Part shown: positions 35,463 to 47,318 of the stretch, one piece after another
Position numbering within the stretch: the stretch's first letter is position 1
Layout: each line of letters begins with the position of its first letter
Source of the DNA: Strigamia acuminata
Lineage: Eukaryota
Assembly (NCBI GenBank): GCA_949358305.1
Contig: OX442314.1
Coordinates: forward strand, 9,486,001-9,550,000
Direction of reading: 5' to 3'
Length of the DNA stretch: 64,000 nt
Notes under the pieces: model-generated
What the model saw: only the letters and a program-made list of their open reading frames with translations
Told to the model about the DNA's origin: nothing
The model's database searches: none
Position numbers and translations under genes: made by a program

Positions 35463-37541
35463 CAGGGTGGAACAAAAGTCTGTTCCCCTCAAATATTTCC
35501 TCAGCAATTGCACCTAGGCCAACTTTGATGAAGCGATTGTATAGGAAGTTGGGTGAGAGCAATCCAATGATGTCATCAAATTTGACCTTGAAGGCCATTT
35601 TCAAGGTTATTCACTTGCTAACTTCTAAACCAATCAGGTTAGAGCAAAAAGTCAATTACAAAGTTGTAGAGCACCATCAAATTAGTACTATCCAACTTAT
35701 CTTAGTCATCTTAGTTAAATGTTTTTTTTTTAAAAAGGAGACAAATCAGAAAAAAATCAGCAAAGTGAAATTTTTTACCCTTGGAGGCATAAGGATAAAA
35801 TGTGCTGTTCTGGTTGAAGCCATTACGGATTTATGGACAATTTTTAAGTCGATTGGTTAAAGCGCCATGTAGTTTGTTTTTAGTTCGGAACTAATTTTAT
35901 TGAGGACGTAATGCTTAAACAATAAAAATAAATAGATTTGAGCCATCTGGAGGTGGTTTTAATCACTACTGGTAAATGCAAAAAGCTGTTCACTGAAGCG
36001 CTGTTTACAAATACAGCAAAGCAAGCTTAAAAGTTATGCTGGAGTTTTAAGGGGCAGAAAATTTCCAAGTTGAATATTTAATTAAATAAATGATGAATCA
36101 TTACAAATTTCACCTGAGATTTACTTTATTATCAGCAGTGTTGGGCACGGTACTCCCAACACGTACCGCGTTACAAGTATGCGGTACAGGCCGCTTCAAC
36201 AAAAGTACCGCGGACGCGGTACAGGCCGCTTCAACAAAAAGTACCGCGGTCCCGGTACAGTACCGGTACCGGGATTTTGCGGTACATCTCGCGGTACACG
36301 GGAAAACGCGAGAAAACACGAGATTTTTGTGTTTTTTCCCGTTTTCCAGTTTAAAGTTAAAATTTTGATTTTTACATTGTTTACACTCATTCAAATTGAG
36401 TGGAAACAATAATTATTACTAATGATAATGATGTAAAACGAATTACTAATTTAGTAATTCGCCAAGTACGCAAAAAAAAAGTGTGCAGGCGCCGAAGCCA
36501 GGCCATAACGCGTGGCACACGTTGCTAACGATTGCCGTCGAATTTTAGCAGAACGATACACAGTCGTCTGCGCACTCTTTTTTCGCGTACTTGGCGAATT
36601 ACTAAATTAGTAATTCGTTTTACATCATTATCATTAGTAATAATTATTGTTTCCACTCAATTTGAATGAGTGTAAACAATGTAAAAATCAAAATTTTAAC
36701 TTTAAACTGGAAAACGGGAAAAAACACAAAAATCTCGTGTTTTCTCGCGTTTTCCCGTGTACCGCGAGAGTACTGCAAATTCACGGTACCGGTACTGCTT
36801 GGCGCAAAAAGTACCGCGGTACAAGTACCCGGTACTTGCTGTTTCCACAGAAAGTACCGCGGTACAATTACGCGTTGCTTCCGTGGGCTACAAAAGTACT
36901 GCGGTACAGGGCTGCGGGGCTGCGGTACAGTACCGGTACCGGCGGTACTGTACCGGCGGTACCGGTACTGTATTGTGCCCAACACTGATTATCAGATAAA
37001 CAAAGTCACAAATTTTCAGCAAAAAAAATTCATAGGAAAAAAAATTTTCCTGTTCAAGAAAAAGCTTGTCCATAAATCCGTGTAGCCAAGGATTAATCTT
37101 GTGATAAAATAATTATTGAGGCATTAAAAAAAGGCAGTGGTTTTTCTTGTTTATTTGCATAATGATGCACATTTGAATACGTTTATTTAAGTAATTCAGT
37201 ATTTTTTGTGATAGAAATTTAAGTTTTGTCACAATGGCTGGCTTTATTTCAGCTGATTTGTCTCCTTTTTAAAAGGAAAACATTTAACTTAAGATTACTA
37301 AGATAAGTTGGATAGTACTAATTTGATGGTGCTCTACAACTTTGTAATTGACTTTTTTGCTCTAACCTGATTGGTTTAAAAGTTAGCAAGTGAATATCCT
37401 TGAAAATGGCCGTCAAGGTCAAATTTGATGACATCATTGGATTGCTCTCACCCAATTTCCTATACGATCGCTTCATCAAAGTTGGCCTAGATGCAATTCC
37501 TGAGGAAATATTTGAGGGGAACAGACTTTTGTTCCACCCTG
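35463..37541. mobile_element. Tc1/mariner-type non-autonomous element with long TIRs
   Basis: CAGGGTGGAACAAAAGTCTG... matches inverted over about 290 bp (35463-35750 vs 37252-37541); flanked by TATA on both sides. Confidence 0.9.
36136..36987. mobile_element. hAT-type MITE nested in the previous element
   Basis: TIR CAGTGTTGGGCAC, 8-bp TSD ATTATCAG (36128-36135 and 36988-36995), subterminal gtaccg repeats. Confidence 0.92.
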
Positions 37542-37861
37542 TATATTCTCGTGTAAACCGGATATAACTCGCTCTTGTTCTTGTTCTTGTTTTTGTTACT
37601 GATATTTACTTGAGCGCTTATACAGTCTGTTTCAAAAGTATAAACACACCAGTTTTTTGGAGTATTTTCAAGTTTAATTAACAAATATTTTTTTGACCAA
37701 ACATAATACATTTCCTAATAGTATTTTACATATTCTGTACAATTTTTACGACAATTGGTTGCTTAGATCATAAATTATCACAGGTTTCAGGTTTTAGCCT
37801 GTTGCAAAAGTATAAACACACCATACAGATTTTTGATTATATTTGCTTTATAAGAGATTCA

Positions 37862-38822
37862 CAGTGTTGTATCGAACTAGAACTAATAGTTCGCGTTTGC
37901 GAACTTAGTTCGTAGTTCGCGAACTAAGAACGCAAACTAGTTCACCTTTTTTAAAGAACTTAAAAAACGAACGAAGTTCGTTTTTTTGACGCGAACTACG
38001 TTCTAGTTCGTTAACTAGTTCGTTCTTCCGACGTTATATGTCACGGCCAATCACAGATGATGATTCCATTCGTTTTTAGTTTTAAACAAGTCGAATCATT
38101 GAAAAGTGTTCGTTTCTTTCATTTGACTTGCCGGGAAGTCGACTGTTAAGTATCGGCGGTGCTTTTGCGCGTGTCGCTTGTTGCGATCGTGCGGTTTGCC
38201 GAAGAAAACTTGTTATTGTTCCGAGTAAAAAATGGTGTTTCCGTTCGATTTTTCAGGTACTAGAATGATTTGTGGTAATTTGCCACTCATTGCGAACCCA
38301 ATTCATCGATTTAACGTTGTTTTTCGCCAAAAAAGGTTGATTTTTGCAGCAAAATTTCGGAAAATTTCGGAAAAAACTCGATTTTTCTGGTAAATATGTT
38401 TCGTCGAAGGATTTCTATAATTGTAACAACTTATTTTTAAATAAAAACATGTCATTTCGCTATAAAACGTTCGGTTGTTTTCGATTTCTCAAAAATTCGG
38501 GATTTTCTTGTTTTCATGGTAAAAAAATATCCATTTTTGGTCGAATTTATTTCCTGTAAACACTAATAATTTAATAATTTAATAATTTTTACAGTAAATT
38601 AATGTCTTATTCCAGTATAAAATGGTGTAAATAAAAATTTGAATTCACAAAAAAAAAGTTTGTAAAGTTGACTGAACTAGAACTGAACTAGAACTGAACT
38701 AGAACTTAGTTCACTTTGAGATTTCGGGGTGAACGGGAACTAGAACTAGTTCAGTAAATTGAAAATGGTGATGAACGAGAACTAGAACTAGTTCGCGATT
38801 TAGTGAACTAGATACAACACTG
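37862..38822. mobile_element. hAT-type MITE inserted at the Tc1 transposase stop codon
   Basis: TIR CAGTGTTGTATC, 8-bp TSD GAGATTCA (37854-37861 and 38823-38830), subterminal gaactag repeats. Confidence 0.92.
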
Positions 38823-39015
38823 GAGATTCAGTACTTTGTTGGTCCACCATTTGCTGCAATAAGGTTAAATATTCGGTCTGGCATTTAATTCACGAGTTTT
38901 CTTAGCTGCTGAAGTGGTAATGACTCCCAGGCATCCATAATGGCATTTTCAGTTCGTTCACTGTATGATACTGCTTGTTTTCGCCATAAACAATGAGAGT
39001 CATGATGCCCCATAA

Positions 39016-39460
39016 GGGGCCGTCCATAAATTACGTAACGCTGATTTTACGATTTTTAGACCCCCTCCCCCCCCTTTGTAACAAGGTCGTAACAAATCCA
39101 CAAACCCCCCTAGAATATTAATATTACGTAACAAAACTCACTACCCCCCCCCCCCCAAAAAAAAAATTTGATACAAGCTTATACTACAAAATTTTACAAA
39201 AATTTAAAAAAAATTTCAAAAATTTCAAAAAAATTTCAAAAATTTTCACAAAAATTTCAAAAATTTTCACAAAAATTTCAAAAATTTTCACAAAAATGTC
39301 AAAAAATTTCAAAAATTTTCAAAAATTTTTAAAAATGTTAAAATAAATTTTGTTACGTAACGTTATTAAGACCCCCCCCCCTCCCCGTCGTAACAACCCG
39401 TAACAAAATTTGAAACCCCCTCCCCCCCCTCCAGGCGTTACGTAATTTATGGACGGCCCC
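39016..39460. mobile_element. PIF/Harbinger (Tourist-like) MITE inside the Tc1 transposase
   Basis: 26-bp perfect TIR GGGGCCGTCCATAAATTACGTAACGC with TAA TSD; removal restores the ENLWGIM frame. Confidence 0.93.
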
Positions 39461-40159
39461 TAAATTCTCAATTGGGCTAACATCTGGACTTCTAGAAGGC
39501 CAATCAATAACATTAATTTGTTCATCGTTAAACCATTTTTTTGTTGATTTGGATGCATGTATGGAGGCATTATCCTGTTGGAATTTCCAATTATTGCCAC
39601 CTATCACTGGACCAAAATCAATCAAATTGTCATACAGCATTTGTTGATATTTTTTTGACATGGAATTCACAGAAACGGCCAAAAACGTCATCAGCATCGA
39701 GGAATCCATGAAATCAATCGAACTGCGACTGGACAACGAACCGAGTCGGAAACACGAGAACGCAGCACAAAATTCGGCTGAATCGAGCACAAAATTTTTC
39801 AATTTCGGCCAGAATTTTGGACTTTTTGATGACAAATGAGCAAAAAGTTGATTATCCGCCGTCGAAATTGCCCGAAATCGACACTAGCGCCTGGCGACAG
39901 AAAGGCTCCTCAGCCAGGAGTGACTAATGCTGTTTCTTGGTTTTTCGCGTGTTCTAGGGTTTTTTTCTTTTTTTTCCTAACAAGGGGGAAGCTAGCGCCC
40001 CCCCTTGACCCCCCGCGAACCTCACTTTGACTAGTTTTTCTAATGTGGTGGAGAAATGGGTACTTATTTAGTGGGGATATGGTATTACGCGCTAGTCATT
40101 CCTGGTTTGTGTCTTTAATTTCATTGGTCTCCTGGCTGAGGAGCCTTTCCGTCGTTCGG

Positions 40160-40460
40160 TTATAGTCATTTTAGTGACGCTCATTTTAGCGATTTTTACC
40201 AAAAAAGTCCCATTTTAGCAAACATGTCACTTTAGCGACACAAAAACCTAGGTTTTAGCGACAAGCCGGCTCAAAAAAGTGGTTTTCATCAAAAAACCAG
40301 TAAGGTTAGGTTCGCGGGGAATCAAGGGGGGGCGCAGCCCCCCCTTGTTAGCCCTTCTTAGGAATTAAACCTAGGTTTTTGTGTCGCTAAAATGACATGT
40401 TTGCTAAAATGGTGTGACGCTAAAATGAAATCGCTAAAATGAAATCGCTAAAATGATGTA
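40160..40460. repeat. Inverted-repeat (MITE-like) segment
   Basis: cattttagcaaacatgtcactttagcgacacaaaaacctaggttt at about 40211-40255 pairs with 40367-40411; no clear TSD. Confidence 0.55.
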
Positions 40461-40606
40461 TATCCCTGTCGTCATCCGCTTCTGAAATAGACAGATCTGA
40501 CACGGAATTTTGGGATATAACGCGCAGAAACTTCGTGGAGGAACAAAGCGTTTTAGATTGCACCGAACATAAATAATACTCATAGGTAATATACCGAGCG
40601 CGACAT

Positions 40607-40729
40607 GTAATTGTCGGGATAATTAGATCAGCACGAATCTTCTTGCCAGATAAGATCACGAGTGCCCATTAGGGCACTCGTGATCTTATCTGACAAGAAG
40701 ATGAGTGCTGACCTAATCCCGACAATTAC
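40607..40729. repeat. Compact hairpin/palindrome
   Basis: 21-bp perfect stem 40647-40667/40672-40692 with loop ATTA, extending imperfectly to about 60 bp per arm. Confidence 0.85.
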
Positions 40730-40810
40730 TAAAGCGCGAGGTGTATTTGATACGAGAATCTACCAATAGAAAATAAAATAATGTAGATAGCAAAAATGCG
40801 ATAGTGTAAA

Positions 40811-41178
40811 TGAGATAGCACATATGAGATAGCACAAATGAGATAGCAAAAATGAGATAGTCAAAATGAGATAGTCAAAATGAGATAGTCGAAATGAGAT
40901 AGTTGAAATGAGATAGTTGAAATGAGATAGTCGAAATGAGATAGTAGTCGAAATGAGATAGTAGTCGAAATGAGATAGTAGTCGAAATGAGATAGTAGTC
41001 GAAATGAGATAGTAGTCGAAATGAGATAGTAGTCGAAATGAGATAGTAGTCGAAATGAGATAGTAGTCGAAATGAGATAGTAGTCGAAATGAGATAGTAG
41101 TCGAAATGAGATAGTAGTCGAAATGAGATAGTAGTCGAAATGAGATAGTAGTCGAAATGAGATAGTAGTCGAAATGAG
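40811..41178. repeat. 17-bp minisatellite (gaaatgagatagtagtc)n preceded by 14-bp variants
   Basis: Direct tandem array; accounts for the repetitive ORFs at 40760-41300. Confidence 0.95.
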
Positions 41179-41684
41179 AATTTATTATGCAAAAAGTGAA
41201 AAGATATAACAAACCACTTTAGACGTCTGATGCTTGGTTCGTAAAGGCCCCACCGGGAGGCGCCAGAAGAAAAAGAAAAATTCCCAATAAAAATTCCCAA
41301 TAAAAATTCCCGGTAAAAAATTCCCGGTAAAAAATTCCCGGTAAAAAATTCCCGGTAATAACCAATGAGACGTCAAAAGGGGTTTGTTACGTGCGTCGGG
41401 ATTGGTTGGGAAACCGATTGTTGTTTTGTTAGGTCTAATCTCATTCGCAGCTATTTTTAGACAAAGCTAGTGGTAGATTCTCCGTAATATTTATTCATAA
41501 ACATGCAAGTTTCATGTTTATTTTATCTCAATTGTTGAAAATTGTAGAACCAGACAAATTAAACTCGCAGTACTCTGCAATCGAGATCAGTCGGGCCACA
41601 GGGACAGGCTATGGTGGACAAGGACGGGCCACTAGGTCACGGGCCACCGGGAAATTCCCGGTAGCCCGCTGGGCCAGTCCAGCA

Positions 41685-42070
41685 CTGGCCGTGGATTTAT
41701 TATTTCCTTATTGTTTCATTTAACTTAATTATTTCTTTTCACTTATTTCATAGTAAATTTTAGTCATGTTTATATAATTTAATAGTTTATCATAATTTTC
41801 CAAATATTTAATGTAAAGTTTATCAGTTTATTCTGAGCCAAGAATAAATTAAGTTTGTTTTATTATAAGAAAATTCAGCCTTCTTATTGGATTTTCACCT
41901 TTTGAGGTTAATCGGAGAGATAATCCAATTAATCCATTCAGTTAATATTTAACTTAAAGTTAGTTAGTTTGAGCATTTAGTTTATTGAATTTTAGTATTT
42001 TTAATTTTATTTACAAGTCTTGGTGCGGCATAAGTAGATTTTAATAAGATTAAAGTTCAGGATCACTACA
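41685..42070 (+). mobile_element. LTR 3' half related to the LTRs at 11790 and 47613
   Basis: Shared tattctgagccaagaataaa and tacaagtcttggtgcggcat motifs; ends GATCACTACA. Confidence 0.6.
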
Positions 42071-42129
42071 GTCCGATTGGCTGCTTTAAAACTACAGTAG
42101 TGGATACCTTCATTCATGATAGCAGGAAT

Positions 42130-44000
42130 GTACCGTAATTTTTTGAATGAATTGGGGTCAACTTTTTATATTATAAATTGTGGAGAGAGAATATTCGTGT
42201 ATATTTTGTGTGCACTTGTGCTAATCGCTTTTTTCATTTCTTAACACGATCGCAATAGTCGCCACCGCCACCACCGCTTCCGGATCTTACAATAAACATT
42301 AATGCGTAAAATATTATAAAATGCTTTTGTAGAGGATATTAATATTAAATAAATTCATTTCAGATCCATCCAGAACAGAGATTAACTGACCTCCGGGTGT
42401 GAGCAGACTCGTGATTGGTCGTGTAAATATTCGCCATCTAATGGCAGTTTTTATTATTGTTTAAATTAGAAAAGATGAAAAAGATAAACTAGAATGTTTT
42501 TTTTTTAATTGTTTTTTTTTTTGGTGCTAAATGTTATGTTATCTGTTAGAAATATTCAGTAAAATATTTAATTTATATTTTTGTAACTGAAATATAACAT
42601 GGCGGATTCGATAGCTATATAAAAAGTAGAAAATAGAGGCCATTAAAATGTACAAGAAACATGTACCGGTGGTACGGCATCTTCTCGATCTCCCTCAAAC
42701 GAACTATATTAAGAACCCCAAAATCTGACAAACAAAACGAGCGAAGAAAAGAAGACAAATCACGTATCATTTGTGGCATAAAAATTCAATTTTTTTGTGA
42801 TTTATCAATTTTTTTTTATTTAGTTAGATATTTTGGTGATTTTTTATTTATATTTTTCATTTGATATATTTTGATGTTTTTTTTATATTTGTTTGACGTT
42901 TTAATTTATTTTGTTGATTTATTTTACGTTTTGTATCAATGCTTTTACTCAGCGGCCGTGGCAATAGTATTATCACATAAGTTACTCCCGATTGCAATAA
43001 AATCCTAAATAATCAATTTTCCAATTTTCCAGCCTACCCAGACAGCGCAACATTATATTGGTGCTTATGGTGATGGTTTCATCAATCATAGGCAAGAACA
43101 GGTCAAACAGATAGTTCAAATGGCTAAGATTAAATGTCAGGATTATGACAAGAAGAAAGAAAGGCTTGAGAAAAGAAAATCTTGTTTTTATAGGATTGCT
43201 AGATAAGTATCGATTGCTCAAAGGAGCAAATGTAAATCAGACAGATCACGTGTACTCTTTCGAGGCATGAATTGGGAACAGGTCAAATACATGTTCGATT
43301 GGATTGAAAACATTATCTTCTCAATTGGACTAATAAAGGAAGCAATAATTTCTTCCCTTCTTCGGCGCCTTCGACGGGAAAGAATGGGAAAGGATTTTGT
43401 ATTGCAGCACTTCAAATTGCTATGTGTTTTACTATGTTTTTGGCTTCATTCGTTTAACATAATTTTTTTTTATGTTAAAAAGCAGTAAATAACAGAAGGG
43501 TAAAAATATTTTACGAGGAAGATAGATTGATTGTATGTACACGCACAAACGACCAAAAAACTAAACGATTATTAAATTAAAGAATCTAAAAACGACTCCA
43601 CCGCCGCGACCATTTTCCTTATGTAAAACGAACTCGGCTTTATTTCTTTAATCTTGATCATTTATTTATTTGTTCAATTGATAAAATTCACTAAAACGTT
43701 AATAAGTTGAATGTGGATAAGCCTAACTACGGGTTTATCTGTTTTAATAAAGAAATAGACGCAAACGTAATATTTTTGTAGTAATATAACTTGTATGTAC
43801 AAGTACTGTACCACATTGACTCTACGTACAACTTTGATAATGTGCTTAATAGAGGAATTATCTGCAAAAAACTACAACCAGCAGCTAGGGTAGGAAACAA
43901 GACAATACACGGATCATTTTTGCGGGGATGACCTGGAACCAAAGTTTATCCTTCAGTAAATCGAATACATCATTTTGTTAATTGGAGTTTTTTTTTCGCC
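42130..44000 (+). pseudogene. Four decayed copies of the small membrane ORF family
   Basis: About 42130-42245 (YIINCGERIFVYILCALVLIAF), 42670-42782 (TPKSDKQNERRKEDKSRIICG), 43218-43340 (DRSRVLFRGMNWEQVKYMFDWIENIIFSIG), 43850-44000 (EELSAKNYNQQ..QDNTRIIFAGMTWNQ..IEYIILLIGVFF); all have stops, frameshifts or missing ends. Confidence 0.7.
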
Positions 44001-44090
44001 CGCGCCTCATGACATTAGCAACAGCATTTTCAACATTAACGCGTAAAATTATTATTTTATTTTATATCCTTTCTAAATCCTACAGAATGA

Positions 44091-44306
44091 ATGGCGCCAC
44101 CCCGTTTAGGCAAGGATAAAATATCCCCAAAACACTATAAGCAGCAACAACATTGCGACGAAAAGACGTCCAGGAATGTAATTTTTGCACTGAATTGGGA
44201 AGAAGTTCGTTGTATTATAAATTGTGGAGAGAGAATATTCGTGTATATTTTGTGTACAGTTGTGCTAATCGCACTTTTTTTATTTTACACCGTACATTCC
44301 ATATAA
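44091..44306 (+). CDS. Putative small single-pass membrane protein, unknown family (71 aa)
   Basis: MAPPRLGKDKISPKHYKQQQHCDEKTSRNVIFALNWEEVRCIINCGERIFVYILCTVVLIALFLFYTVHSI. Preceded by cag|AATGA, as in the 33326 copy; the in-frame TGA just before the ATG suggests a true start. Confidence 0.55.
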   Translation: MAPPRLGKDKISPKHYKQQQHCDEKTSRNVIFALNWEEVRCIINCGERIFVYILCTVVLIALFLFYTVHSI

Positions 44307-44624
44307 CCAACAGTTTTATCAATTTTTCAGTTTTTTTTTTTACAAAATAATCGTTTTTTGCGGGCCGGTAACTGTAAGGCTGGCAAACCAATAGGCTAGG
44401 CAAGTTATGAATATTTTAGTCATTTAATTAATATTAAAAAAGGCTAAACACCAAGAGGCTGAATTAGAAGTTAGGAAATACAGACATCGAAAAGACTAGA
44501 AGTTATAAGGCTGGCAATGCTGTGCACCTTAAAATTGATAGCACTAAAAATTCGATTAAAACAGTTTTAAAAATTAATATTTTCGGCAGTATTCGTTAAA
44601 AATCGACTTTTTTCGATATAAAAT

Positions 44625-44878
44625 TCAATTAAAATTCGAAAATTTCAATTAAAATGCGAAAATTTCAATTAAAATGCGAAAATTTCAATTAAAATGCGAA
44701 AATTTCAATTAAAATGCGAAAATTTCAATTAAAATGCGAAAATTTCAATTAAAATGCGAAAATTTCAATTAAAATGCGAAAATTTCAATTAAAATGCGAA
44801 AATTTCAATTAAAATGCGAAAATTTCAATTAAAATGCGAAAATTTCAATTAAAATGCGAAAATTTCAATTAAAATGCT
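44625..44878. repeat. 20-bp minisatellite (aatttcaattaaaatgcgaa)n
   Basis: Near-perfect tandem array. Confidence 0.95.
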
Positions 44879-44881
44879 AAA

Positions 44882-45112
44882 ATGGATTTTTCCTCTTCGT
44901 CTAATGAAGAACACACAACTCCGAAATCGGCCAAACAGAAGGAAAAACGACTGCAGGACAATACCCGCATTGTAATGTGTGGTTTCAAGTGGAATCAAAT
45001 CAAAGAAGTATTCTAGTGGATCGAATTCGTTATTCTGTTGATTGGAGTCTTCTATCTTTTGCGTAACCATTTTAATCCTGCCCCCACAAATCAAAATGTT
45101 TCTTTTGTTTAA
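44882..45112 (+). pseudogene. Small membrane ORF family copy with a single internal TAG
   Basis: MDFSSSSNEEHTTPKSAKQKEKRLQDNTRIVMCGFKWNQIKEVF*WIEFVILLIGVFYLLRNHFNPAPTNQNVSFV*. Confidence 0.75.
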
Positions 45113-45259
45113 TCAATAAAATTCATTAAAACGTTAATAAGTTGAATGTGGATAAGCCTAACTACGAGTTTATCTGTTTTAATAAAGAAATAGACGCAAA
45201 TGTAATATTTTGTAGTAATATAACTTGTATGTACTGTACCAGCATAGATGCTGCGCTGC

Positions 45260-45423
45260 ATGGCACCAATAACAATAATGTTAAAGTGTCAAAGTAAGTC
45301 CACATTGACTCTACGTACAACTTTGATAATGTGTTCAATAGAGGAATTATCGGCAACAAACTACAACCAACAGAGCTACGTCTGGATGAACAGGCATCAA
45401 AGATTCTTTCGAGGAATGACTTG
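45260..45423 (+). pseudogene. Small membrane ORF family copy disrupted by an LTR element
   Basis: MAPIT..ELSATNYNQQ..FRGMT; removing 45424-47323 restores GMTWNQIKY*. Confidence 0.7.
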
Positions 45424-47318
45424 TAGTCTGTCTTGACTAAATATTAAAACTGTAATGGAGCATGCAAAATAACGTGACCGTTGGTGCTGCTGAGATTTAC
45501 ATAACTGACTAGTTTATTCAAAGATAGGTGGCGCTGTAGTAGCAGCGTCACAATATATATCAATGGTCAAGACTGACCAATGGAGTGCGAGACACTCCAG
45601 TATCCCCTCAATTGTGGAATGGGGGAAGGAACAATTTAGAATACAGTGAAATCAATTGATCTACAAGGATGCAATGTAATTAAAGTGGGTTTAAAAACAA
45701 TCAATTGAACAATGAATTAAAAGGTAACAAGTAACATGCATTGGAGTGAAGACACTCCATCATCCCCTCAATTGTGAACCAACTAGGGGAGCAATTAGTA
45801 AATTCAAAGTAACAGTTTGACATGAAATGCAAATTTAAATTGAACAATAAAATACTTGGATTTTAAAACTACTGAATTATGCACGAAATAAAACTTGTAA
45901 AATTGAACATAACATGAATTTTGATTCCAACAATGATTGCAATTAAACATTGAAATGCTAACATGATACATTAACAATAGTTGAATGAATTAGCTTGATG
46001 AATTAGCAGCTAGACGGGAGACGGAAAGGAAGTCGAAATGATTCTCTCCTTCACTCACAAGAAGCCTGAACAACAGAGAGCTAAATGTGGCCCCGTGCCC
46101 AACGCGTACGGTAGCGTTTTGAAGGGCAAAAAGTGCGGCGAGACCGACGATGGTCTGTGACATCACCTGCGATGCACACGCCGGCACAAGGGTTCGACGA
46201 CTGCGGCTGGTCCCGAAACAAACACTGGGAGTTGTAGAAGCTACCCAAATGGCGTCTGCGGTTGTGACCAGTGATTTTCTGCGCTGGGGCAACCGTGGTC
46301 GAACGTGCGTAGATGTCGGAGACTGCACATGTGGCGAGTTCCATCTGAATGGCTGACTGGTGAGCCTGAGCAAACTTCATTTCAGACTGACTGATGATGG
46401 TTTGCTGAATGTAGACACAACTCAACTTGTGGAGTTGATCAGAATAGTTGCAGTGCTCCGAACGCAGCTGCAACAAAATGGCAAAATCTGCAGCGGATTC
46501 CACCTGTCCCTGCACTCGGGTGTTGAAATGTCGACCGCGAGGAGGGGTTTTGAGTGCTGTTAATCGGCCTTCAACGTGGCGAGGGCAGCGAACGTCATCT
46601 GCACAAGCTTCATTGGAAAACAGGTTAGCCAGACGTGTGTACGGCAGCCCGCCGACGATGCACAGCAAAACAACCACTTTCTTCGTGTCATTGGTGATGC
46701 CACTGCACACGAAAAAGCAGTCCAACTGGTCAATGTAGTGGGTCCAGTTATTCTTGATGCAATATGGTTGCAGTGAACCGATACTTGAAGCGATCACAGA
46801 AGTTTTGCATGAAAAAGGCTTACATGGAAGTAGGCCTAACAGCATGGTCACGGCGTGGTCAAGGCGTGGTCACGGCATGGTCAAAGGTCCGAAACAGCAC
46901 TTTACACTAATTTTAAGCGATTTTGTACATTACAGTTTGTGAGGTATTAATTGTTGATCCGTTTTTCATGATGATTTTCTTGAGAACACCGGAACAATTT
47001 GAAACAGGGTTAAACCTAACGTGTGGTCCACGTGGTCAGCGTGGTCAGGCGTCCAAAAGGTGTCCAAAAAGTGTCCAAACTTCACCAGTTTTGCAAAAAA
47101 CGATTCTGTAGCATGGATTGGTATCCCATCCTCGTCGCCAATTAGTCTGTCTTGACTAAATATTAAAACTGTAATGGAGCATGCAAAATAACGTGACCGT
47201 TGGTGCTGCTGAGATTTACATAACTGACTAGTTTATTCAAAGATAGGTGGCGCTGTAGTAGCAGCGTCACAATATATATCAATGGTCAAGACTGACCAAT
47301 GGAGTGCGAGACACTCCA
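45424..47318 (-). mobile_element. Non-autonomous LTR retrotransposon (gag remnant only, Mag-like Gypsy)
   Basis: Identical 176-bp LTRs 45424-45599 and 47143-47318, 5-bp TSD ACTTG, PBS TGGCGACGAGGATGGGAT (tRNA-Ser GCU) at 47123-47140, PPT-like GAGGGGA, gag-like ORF 46081-46851 (WTHYIDQLDCFF..FNTRVQGQVESAADF..HCNY), no pol. Confidence 0.92.

Larger units (their letters stand above)
37623..39675 (-). mobile_element. 5'-truncated Tc1-like transposon with decayed DDE transposase
   Basis: FQQDNASIH..WPSRSPDVSPIENL|WGIM..NGGPTKY* once the inserts are removed; TIR CAGTCTGTTTCAAAAGTATAAACAC after TA at 37623, with an internal direct repeat at about 37797. Confidence 0.88.

Noticed and set aside
40760..41300. 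ORFs with a 17-aa repeat
   Set aside because: Three-frame cycling of a 17-bp minisatellite.
35266..42070. One giant LTR or element from TGTAGTCACCCC to GATCACTACA
   Set aside because: The flanks (cctgg and gtccg) give no TSD and internal continuity cannot be shown.
43267..43340. Small ORF family as last (M4) exons of Cys-loop receptors, from the W-x2-V-x4-D spacing
   Set aside because: No upstream ligand-binding or M1-M3 exons are seen, the DR dipeptide is absent, and two copies have their own ATG after an in-frame stop. An HMM search would settle it.
45422..45423. Canonical TG start of the left LTR at 45422
   Set aside because: The TG belongs to the ACTTG TSD and is absent from the right LTR copy.
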